Shown: positions 16,548 through 23,148 of the stretch, one piece after another | Layout of the letters: every line of letters begins with the position of its first letter | Position numbering within the stretch: the stretch's first letter is position 1 | Assembly (NCBI GenBank): GCA_964584035.1 | Contig: CAZOYL010000021.1 | Coordinates: 1-23,148, forward strand | Length of the DNA stretch: 23,148 bases | From: an uncultured Gemmatimonadota bacterium | GTDB lineage: Bacteria; SM23-81 | Direction: 5' to 3' | Notes under the pieces: model-generated | What the model was told of the DNA's origin: nothing | Databases searched by the model: none | Seen by the model: only the letters and a program-made list of their open reading frames with translations | Translations under genes and position numbers: made by a program

Positions 16548-17294
16548 CTATACCTCTGTGAAAATGACCGGGCCATGCTCCGTAATGCCGATGGTATGCT
16601 CGTAATGCGCGGCCAGGGAACCATCGGCAGTCACTACCGTCCAGTTATCCTTCAGCGTCCGGACGGAGTAATGGCCTGCCGTAATCATCGGCTCGATGGC
16701 CAAAACCATTCCTGCTTGAAGACGGGGTCCCCTGCCCGGTTGGCCGAAATTTGGGATCTGGGGATCCTCGTGCATCTGCTGCCCGATGCCATGCCCCACC
16801 AGATCCCTCACAACGCCGTACCCACGCTTTTCCGTGACGGCTTGTACGGCGTGAGAGATGTCAGAGAGCCTGTTTCCAGCGACGGCCATCTGAATGCCGG
16901 CCAGGAGAGCTTTCCGGCAGGTCTCCATGAGATCCTGTGCCCTGGTGTCAATCGACCCGATCCCGAAAGTGATGGCACCATCGCCGAAAAAAGATTCTTT
17001 TTCTACACCGACATCGACGCTGACGATATCGCCCTGTTTCAGGCGACGGGTTCCCGGTATGCCGTGCACCACCTCTTCATTGATGGAAACGCAACTGCTG
17101 GCCGGAAATCCGCAGAAACCTTTAAATGCCGGACGACCACCCTGGCGAATGATGAAGTCCTCGATGAGTTCGTTCAATTCGGCTGTGGTTACTCCCTCGC
17201 GGGAGCGCTTCTTCGAGAGCTGCAGAGCTTGAGCGACGATGCGGCTACTTTCCCGGATCATCTGCATTTCGCCTGAGGTCTTGAGAGGGATCAT
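16548..17294 (-). CDS. map: type I methionine aminopeptidase
   Basis: [11 protein letters not shown] and metal ligands in VDVG, GDGA, GHGIG, IEPM and YEHT. Start is ATG 17294, or possibly TTG 17300. Confidence 0.98.
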   Translation of the reverse strand: MIPLKTSGEMQMIRESSRIVAQALQLSKKRSREGVTTAELNELIEDFIIRQGGRPAFKGFCGFPASSCVSINEEVVHGIPGTRRLKQGDIVSVDVGVEKESFFGDGAITFGIGSIDTRAQDLMETCRKALLAGIQMAVAGNRLSDISHAVQAVTEKRGYGVVRDLVGHGIGQQMHEDPQIPNFGQPGRGPRLQAGMVLAIEPMITAGHYSVRTLKDNWTVVTADGSLAAHYEHTIGITEHGPVIFTEV

Positions 17295-17320
17295 CGGCAA
17301 GCATCTCAGTCCCGAAAGGT

Positions 17321-17977
17321 TCAGCGGTCCGTTCCGGACTCCAGAGCCTTCACGATGGCGTCGTTGACCTCCTCAACGCCCTGTTCGGCGTCGAAGGTTA
17401 ACAGGTTGCCCTTTTCGCCGTAATACGCTTCCAGAGGCTCTGTCTGGCGATGATAGACCTCCAGGCGCTGGACAATGGTTTCCTCTCGATCATCCTCGCG
17501 CTGGATCAACTGGCCGCCGCAACGATCACATACACCCTCAGCCTGCGGTGGTTTGGTCACTAAATTATAATCGGCCCCGCATTGCGAACACAACCGCCGG
17601 CTGGAAAGTCGTTGAAGAACGCTTTGGTCGCTGATTTGAAGCTGCAGCACGGATTCGAGAGTCTTTTTCTCTTTTTGTAAAAGATCGTCGAGCATCTCCG
17701 CCTGGGCAATGGTTCTGGGAAATCCGTCCAGAATGAATCCCGCCTGGCAATCGTTCTGAGAAAGCCTGTTCATGACCAGCCGCACCATGATCTCATCGGG
17801 AACCAGCAATCCTTTCTCCATAAACTGCCTGGCCTGCTGTCCCAATTCGGTTCCGGCTGCGGCCGCCTGACGGAGAATCTCGCCGGTCGATATCTGAACG
17901 ATACCGAAATGTTCGGCAATCTTCTTGCTCTGTACTCCCTTGCCAGAACCCGGAGGTCCCAGAATGATCAGCCTCAA
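17321..17977 (-). CDS. adk: adenylate kinase with four-Cys (zinc) LID
   Basis: GPPGSGKG, LDGFPRT, LID CSQC...CDRC and QREDD. TTG start, SD GGAGG. Confidence 0.98.
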   Translation of the reverse strand: MRLIILGPPGSGKGVQSKKIAEHFGIVQISTGEILRQAAAAGTELGQQARQFMEKGLLVPDEIMVRLVMNRLSQNDCQAGFILDGFPRTIAQAEMLDDLLQKEKKTLESVLQLQISDQSVLQRLSSRRLCSQCGADYNLVTKPPQAEGVCDRCGGQLIQREDDREETIVQRLEVYHRQTEPLEAYYGEKGNLLTFDAEQGVEEVNDAIVKALESGTDR

Positions 17978-18001
17978 AGGTATCCTCCAGGCCTGCAGAT
18001 G

Positions 18002-19312
18002 CTACCGCCGCGGTTTGATTTTTCCCCGCTTCAAAAAGCCATCGTAATGTCTCATCAGCAGATGCGATTCGATCTGCTGCAAGGTCTCCAGAGCCACACC
18101 CACCACAATGATAAGAGAGGTGCCTCCGAAATAGAACTGGATATTGGCCGTTCGAGTCATCATCAGGGGCATCACGGCGATAAGGGCAAAAAAGAAGGCT
18201 CCGGGCAGGGTGATCCGGGTCATCACCCGATCGATGTATTCAGCCGTCTTTCGGCCCGGCCTCACTCCGGGGATAAAGCCCCCATATTTACGCATGTTAT
18301 CGGCCATGTCCACGGGATTGATGACGATGGCGGTGTAGAAGTAAGCGAAGAAAATGATCAGCAGCCCGAAGACCAGCATGTAGAGGATGCTCGTGGGAGA
18401 GAACCACTGCCCGATCGTTTGCATGACGGCGCTTCCGGGAAAAAATGTGGTCACGGTCCGGGGAGCCATCATGATGGAAGAGGCAAAGATGATCGGGATG
18501 ACGCCGGCGGAATTCACGCTCAGGGGAATATGCGTGCTCTGCCCCCCATACATCTTCCGGCCGACCACCCTCTTGGCGTATTGCACCGGCACTCGGCGCC
18601 GCCCCTGGGTCATGTAGACAACCGCGGCAATAGCCACGACGATGAAGACCAGCAGCAGGAGTTCCGGGAAGGGATGCTTGGTTCCGGCAATAACCTGGCG
18701 GACCTCATTGAGAAGACCGCTCGGCAGGCGTGCGACGATGCCCACGAAGATGATCAGGGAGATCCCGTTGCCGATCCCCCGCTCGGTGATCTGCTCGCCC
18801 AGCCACATGATGAAAATCGTTCCCGAGCAGAGGGTCAGCATGGTCAGCAGGCGAAAGCCCATCCCCGGAAAGATGACGATGCTTCCCCCCGCCTGGGTGG
18901 TCAGGCTTTCCAGGAACACACTGATGCCATAGGCCTGCAGAGCGGAGATGGCCACGGTCCCATATCGTGTGTACTGAGTGATCTTCCGTCGCCCTTCCTC
19001 GCCCTCTTTCTGCAGCTTCTGAAAATAGGGGATCACCGAGCCCAGCAGCTGAAGGATAATCGAGGCGCTGATGTAGGGCATGATCCCCAGGCCGAAGATG
19101 GTCATTTTCTTGAAGGCGCCGCCCACGAACATATCGTACAGCCCGAAGATGGTGCCTCGGGCCTGAGAGAAATATTCTCCCAGGGCTGCGGAGTCGATCC
19201 CCGGCGTGGGCACGTGGCCGCCGACCCGATAGATGAAGATAATGGCCAGGGTGAAAAGGATGCGCCTTCTCAACTCCGGGATCTTGAAAATGTTCTGGAT
19301 GCTCTTGATCAA
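18002..19312 (-). CDS. secY: preprotein translocase subunit SecY
   Basis: LGIMPYISASII, WLGEQITERGIGNGISL, GGFIPGVRPG and FYFGGTSL. TTG start 1 nt after the rplO stop. Confidence 0.99.
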   Translation of the reverse strand: MIKSIQNIFKIPELRRRILFTLAIIFIYRVGGHVPTPGIDSAALGEYFSQARGTIFGLYDMFVGGAFKKMTIFGLGIMPYISASIILQLLGSVIPYFQKLQKEGEEGRRKITQYTRYGTVAISALQAYGISVFLESLTTQAGGSIVIFPGMGFRLLTMLTLCSGTIFIMWLGEQITERGIGNGISLIIFVGIVARLPSGLLNEVRQVIAGTKHPFPELLLLVFIVVAIAAVVYMTQGRRRVPVQYAKRVVGRKMYGGQSTHIPLSVNSAGVIPIIFASSIMMAPRTVTTFFPGSAVMQTIGQWFSPTSILYMLVFGLLIIFFAYFYTAIVINPVDMADNMRKYGGFIPGVRPGRKTAEYIDRVMTRITLPGAFFFALIAVMPLMMTRTANIQFYFGGTSLIIVVGVALETLQQIESHLLMRHYDGFLKRGKIKPRR

Positions 19313-19313
19313 A

Positions 19314-19754
19314 TTAGATGACCTCGTATTTTCCGCTCACCGATTGAATTTTCTCAATGGCCGTTTTACTGAATGCATGGGCACGAATATGCAACGGCTT
19401 GGATAGATCTCCCTGTCCCAGTATCTTCACCGGCATATTCTTCTTCCGAATCAGCCGTTTTTCCAGCAAGGCCTCCGGTGTGACCGGACCCTGCCATGAA
19501 ATCCTGGCCAGATCTGACAGGTTGACGACCTGATAGGCGACTCGAAAGTGATTATGAAAACCGCGCTTGGGAACTCTCCGTTGCAGCGGCATCTGGCCGC
19601 CCTCGAACCAGGCGGGAATACTGGCTCCGGATCGGGATTTCTGGCCCTTCAATCCCCGGCAGGAATACCGCCCGTGCCCGGAACCGGTGCCCCGGCCCAC
19701 TCTTTTCCTCTTCTTACGGGATTTCGAGGGAGGCGATATCTGATTCAGTCTCAA
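19314..19754 (-). CDS. rplO: 50S ribosomal protein L15
   Basis: RKRVGRGTGSGHG, GQKSRSG and FEGGQMPLQRRVPKRGF. Start set at TTG 19754 behind GGAGAGG; 146 aa. Confidence 0.97.
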   Translation of the reverse strand: MRLNQISPPSKSRKKRKRVGRGTGSGHGRYSCRGLKGQKSRSGASIPAWFEGGQMPLQRRVPKRGFHNHFRVAYQVVNLSDLARISWQGPVTPEALLEKRLIRKKNMPVKILGQGDLSKPLHIRAHAFSKTAIEKIQSVSGKYEVI

Positions 19755-19791
19755 TGAACTTGTCCTCTCCGTTTGCGTCTCAGGAGGCTGC

Positions 19792-19974
19792 CTAGACCTC
19801 TTCGACATTCACCAAATGACGCACCTTGGCGATCATTCCGCGTATTTGCGGGGTATCATTGTGAACGACGCTCTGGTGCATCCTGCGAATCCCCAGCGCC
19901 CGGACGGTCAGCTTCTGACCTTTCTGGCGACCGATGGCACTCCGTACCTGCGTAATCTTTACTTTTCCTGGCAT
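19792..19974 (-). CDS. rpmD: 50S ribosomal protein L30
   Basis: [11 protein letters not shown]...TVRALGIRR...[16 protein letters not shown]. Confidence 0.98.
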   Translation of the reverse strand: MPGKVKITQVRSAIGRQKGQKLTVRALGIRRMHQSVVHNDTPQIRGMIAKVRHLVNVEEV

Positions 19975-19990
19975 GATGATCGATCCCCCA

Positions 19991-20599
19991 CTACCCCGTT
20001 ACATTCCCCGAATCGTCCTGCGATCGGGATGGCCCAGCGGATACCAGCTGCTGAATGATGGCCTGCGGTTCCATACCTCTTCGGATCGCCACATGCCTGG
20101 CATCCTCGAGCGACTTCAGTCCTTGCATGGTGGCTTTAACGACATTATGAGCATTAGAAGATCCCAGACATTTTGTTAAAATGTTCTTCACGCCGGCCGA
20201 TTCGACGATGGCCCGAACCGGGCCGCCGGCGATGACCCCGGTTCCCGGGGAAGCTGGTTTCAACATCACCCGGGAAGCGCAAAAGCGTCCCACCACCTCA
20301 TGAGGAATGGTGTCGTTGACAATGGGCACCCGGATCATACCCTTGCGGGCGGCCTCCGTGGCCTTCCTGATGGCCTCTGATACTTCGTTGGCCTTGCCCA
20401 GGCCGATGCCGACACGTCCCTGAGTATCTCCCACCGCCACCAGGGCATTGAAACCAAATCGACGACCACCCTTGACCACCTTGGCGACCCGGTTGACGTG
20501 GATGACACGCTCGACCAGTTCGAACTGCTCGGTCTCCATCTTCGCCGATCGGCCTCTTGATGATGGAGAACTTCGATCTCTCCTCTCACGGGCTCCCAT
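19991..20599 (-). CDS. rpsE: 30S ribosomal protein S5
   Basis: [13 protein letters not shown] and [12 protein letters not shown]. The ATG overlaps the rplR TGA (TGATG). Alternative start at 20539. Confidence 0.98.
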   Translation of the reverse strand: MGARERRDRSSPSSRGRSAKMETEQFELVERVIHVNRVAKVVKGGRRFGFNALVAVGDTQGRVGIGLGKANEVSEAIRKATEAARKGMIRVPIVNDTIPHEVVGRFCASRVMLKPASPGTGVIAGGPVRAIVESAGVKNILTKCLGSSNAHNVVKATMQGLKSLEDARHVAIRRGMEPQAIIQQLVSAGPSRSQDDSGNVTG

Positions 20600-20976
20600 C
20601 AGAACGTCAAACCTCCTTTCCTGGCTCCTTCGGCCAGGGCCTTCACACGACCGTGATACAGATAGGGTCCGCGATCGAAGACCACTTTATCCACGCCCTT
20701 TTCCTTGGCTTTTTGGGCCAGCAGCTGTCCGACCTCTTTACTGATGTCCACTTTTGTCTTTTTATCGGTCGATCCTTTTGTGATCTCCGGAGAATGTGCC
20801 GAAACCGTCACCAGCGTGTGCCCCTTGATGTCATCGATCAACTGAGCGTAAATACTCTTATTGCTGCGGAAGACGGTCAGACGCGGGCGATCACTGGTTC
20901 CCTGGAGTTTCCGTCTCACGCGCCACTTTCTGCGCTGCCGGGCTCGCACAATCAGCTTTTTGCCTCGATCCTGCAT
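20599..20976 (-). CDS. rplR: 50S ribosomal protein L18
   Basis: [20 protein letters not shown] and [22 protein letters not shown]. Confidence 0.99.
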   Translation of the reverse strand: MQDRGKKLIVRARQRRKWRVRRKLQGTSDRPRLTVFRSNKSIYAQLIDDIKGHTLVTVSAHSPEITKGSTDKKTKVDISKEVGQLLAQKAKEKGVDKVVFDRGPYLYHGRVKALAEGARKGGLTF

Positions 20977-21041
20977 AATGGTCGTACTCCTGATGAACCT
21001 GTTTCCAAGATAATAGATGTCATCATATCCCTTGTTATTTC

Positions 21042-21581
21042 TTAGGCTCCCGCTTTTCCGGCCTTCCTGCGTACCGCTTCGCCCTGATAACGAATGCCTT
21101 TACCCTTATAAGGCTCCGGCGGACGGAAAGAACGGATTTTGGCAGCCACCTGTCCGACCAGCTGCTTATCGATTCCCCTGATGGTGATCAGGACGCCTTT
21201 GGCGCCGATCTCCACCTCAATTCCCTCGGGAGGCTGAAAAATGATCGGGTGCGAGAGTCCCAGTTGCAGAACCAAAGACCTTCCCTGCAGGTCGGCTCGA
21301 TATCCAACGCCATTGACCTCCAGGATCTTCTGATGCCCCTCGGTGACACCGGTGACCATATTCGACAACAGGGTTCGCGTGAGACCATGGAGGGAACGAA
21401 ACATCTTACTGTCCGAGGGCCGTTCCACCAGCAGGGCGCCATCATCCTTTTTGACGACCAGTTTGCGGTGAATAGACTGCTCCAGACGACCCTTGGGTCC
21501 CTCGATGGCAATCGTACCCGGTTCGACCTCAACCTTCACATCGGGGGGTATCGGTATGGGCATTCGTCCTATTCTCGACAC
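21042..21581 (-). CDS. rplF: 50S ribosomal protein L6
   Basis: [15 protein letters not shown] and [16 protein letters not shown] start, SD GGAGG. Confidence 0.99.
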   Translation of the reverse strand: MSRIGRMPIPIPPDVKVEVEPGTIAIEGPKGRLEQSIHRKLVVKKDDGALLVERPSDSKMFRSLHGLTRTLLSNMVTGVTEGHQKILEVNGVGYRADLQGRSLVLQLGLSHPIIFQPPEGIEVEIGAKGVLITIRGIDKQLVGQVAAKIRSFRPPEPYKGKGIRYQGEAVRRKAGKAGA

Positions 21582-21619
21582 CCACGTAACCTCCGTTTAA
21601 AACCAATGTCTGCAACCGA

Positions 21620-22018
21620 CTACCAGATATAACACAACACTTCTCCACCGATACCATGCTGGCGGCATAGTTGATCGGTCATAAGGCCTCTCGAGGTGGA
21701 AATGATGGCCGTTCCAAGGCCGTTACGGACCCGGGGTATACGATGCTTGTCGGCATAAACGCGGCGCCCCGGACGGCTGATCCTTTTCAGACCCAGGATG
21801 GGGCCATTCTCTTCTTCATCATACTTCAGATAGATTCGCAGGACGCCCTGATATTCATCCTCGATATACTTGTAATTTCCGATGTACATCCCTTCCAGGA
21901 GAATCCGGGCGATCTCTCTCTTCACATTGGAAGCGGGAACATCCACCTTGCGGAATTTTTCCTTGTACCCATTGCGTATCCGGGTGAGCATATCCGCTAT
22001 GGGATCGGTCATGGTCAT
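21620..22018 (-). CDS. rpsH: 30S ribosomal protein S8
   Basis: [35 protein letters not shown] and GGEVLCYIW. Confidence 0.99.
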   Translation of the reverse strand: MTMTDPIADMLTRIRNGYKEKFRKVDVPASNVKREIARILLEGMYIGNYKYIEDEYQGVLRIYLKYDEEENGPILGLKRISRPGRRVYADKHRIPRVRNGLGTAIISTSRGLMTDQLCRQHGIGGEVLCYIW

Positions 22019-22066
22019 AGGCTTCCTCCCGAAGCCAAAAAGATGATCGGATGCGGTGCCTGAATC

Positions 22067-22252
22067 TTACCAACTTGCCTTGGTCACACCGGGGATTTTG
22101 CCTTCGTTGGCGAGTTCTCTGAAGCAGATCCGGCATAATCCGAATTTCCTCAAGTATCCTCGCGGCCGACCACAACGCTGGCAGCGGTTATATTTCCGTA
22201 CGGGAAATTTGGGCTTCCGCTTCGACTTCTCTATAAGCGACTTCTTGGCCAC
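22067..22252 (-). CDS. rpsN: 30S ribosomal protein S14, type Z (zinc-binding, 61 aa)
   Basis: MAKKSLIEK...[24 protein letters not shown]...PGVTKASW from GTG 22252, SD AAGGAGG. Confidence 0.98.
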   Translation of the reverse strand: MAKKSLIEKSKRKPKFPVRKYNRCQRCGRPRGYLRKFGLCRICFRELANEGKIPGVTKASW

Positions 22253-22262
22253 GAACCCTCCT

Positions 22263-22805
22263 TTACTGACCTCGAAACGGCATGCCCAAAAGTTTGAGCA
22301 GCTCCATACCCTCTTCATCGGTTTTGGCTGTGGTGACCACCGTAATATCCATTCCTCTGACCTTTTCCACGTTGTCATAATCGATCTCTGGAAAGACGAT
22401 ATGCTCGGTGAGTCCCAGGGTATAGTTTCCCCGCCCGTCGAATGACTTCGTGGGCACGCCGCGAAAATCGCGTATGCGGGGGATGGCCACATTGATCAGG
22501 CGATCGAAAAACTCATACATGCGTTCCCGGCGGAGTGTTACGCGGCACCCCACAGCCATTCCTTCCCGCAATTTAAAATTGGAGATGGATTTCTTCGCTC
22601 TCGTGATCGACGGTCGTTGTCCGACAATCTGAGAGAGATCTTTCACAGCAGCATCCAGCAGCTTCGGATTGGCCAGCGCATCGCCGGTTCCCATGTTGAT
22701 GACGATCTTCTTCAATCTGGGTACCTGCATGTGATTTGTATATTTGAATTTCTTCGTCAGCTCAGGCATGCATTCTGTTGTGTATATTTCCTTCAAACGA
22801 GCCAT
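22263..22805 (-). CDS. rplE: 50S ribosomal protein L5
   Basis: [27 protein letters not shown] and [10 protein letters not shown]. Confidence 0.99.
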   Translation of the reverse strand: MARLKEIYTTECMPELTKKFKYTNHMQVPRLKKIVINMGTGDALANPKLLDAAVKDLSQIVGQRPSITRAKKSISNFKLREGMAVGCRVTLRRERMYEFFDRLINVAIPRIRDFRGVPTKSFDGRGNYTLGLTEHIVFPEIDYDNVEKVRGMDITVVTTAKTDEEGMELLKLLGMPFRGQ

Positions 22806-22857
22806 GGCAGGTGTTCCTTATTGACAGATTCCCAAGAATGATCCTTCATCGACCGGA

Positions 22858-23148
22858 TCATGTAAACATCTCACTGCATTTGCAGCAGTAACGAGCCCGC
22901 CGGCCATCGTTGAGCAGCTTCGTGCCCACCCGGACCCCCTGATCGCACTTGGCGCAATAGACCATGACATTACTGGCTCTGATGGCCCCTTCTTTCTCGA
23001 CAATACCACCCTTCTGATTTCTCTGGGAAGGGCGGGTGTGCTTCTTGATGAAATGAACCCCTTCGACGATGATTTTTCCGGACGAAGGATCAACCTTCAG
23101 CACCTTTCCCGTTTTACCGCGGTCATTGCCGGAAACGACGATCACCGT
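22858..23148 (-). CDS. rplX: 50S ribosomal protein L24 (5' end outside the window)
   Basis: KOW motif VIVVSGNDRGKTGKV, VEGV...KKH.RP and GGIVEKEG.I..SNV. Located directly upstream of rplE. Confidence 0.97.
   Translation of the reverse strand, partial: TVIVVSGNDRGKTGKVLKVDPSSGKIIVEGVHFIKKHTRPSQRNQKGGIVEKEGAIRASNVMVYCAKCDQGVRVGTKLLNDGRRARYCCKCSEMFT

Noticed and set aside
17909..19321. 470-aa ORF antisense to secY
   Set aside because: His/Asp/Gln-rich mirror of hydrophobic secY codons, a common artefact with no independent evidence.
13540..22492. N-terminal extensions of rplQ, infA, rplO and rpsN in the ORF track
   Set aside because: They overlap upstream genes in other frames. Canonical starts with homologous N-termini exist at 13539, 16543, 19754 and 22252.
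22821..22849. Plus-strand TTGACA as an antisense promoter into rplX
   Set aside because: No acceptable -10 at 16-18 nt spacing.

Overview
A GC-rich bacterial chromosome segment from a diderm (it encodes a TolC). The right part (12958-23148, all minus strand) is the distal spc/alpha ribosomal superoperon: rplX(partial)-rplE-rpsN(type Z)-rpsH-rplF-rplR-rpsE-rpmD-rplO-secY-adk-map-infA-rpmJ-rpsM-rpsK-rpsD-rpoA-rplQ. It is followed by a terminator hairpin, clpB and a second terminator. Next is a PadR-TolC-MFP-RND efflux operon with an AT-rich, four-half-site palindrome overlapping its promoter. The operon converges on a plus-strand NfsA-like nitroreductase across a REP-like palindrome. The left end is a minus-strand run: short TrmO/TsaA, cold-shock protein, arylamine N-acetyltransferase-family gene overlapping a DUF4416 gene, tRNA-Leu(TAA) with its own sigma70 promoter, and the first 8 codons of a possible ferredoxin. 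I see no CRISPR array, integrase, transposase or phage genes. Most of the window is housekeeping. The best candidates for something undescribed are inferences: a nitroreductase + N-acetyltransferase + PadR-regulated efflux 'reduce-acetylate-export' neighbourhood, the coupled NAT-DUF4416 pair, a six-unit heptamer array upstream of NAT, the PadR operator architecture, and an E-to-V change in the conserved S4 C-terminus. The proteins look like an FCB-related or deltaproteobacteria-like uncultured lineage, but this is only an impression. All family calls are by motif recognition, not database search.
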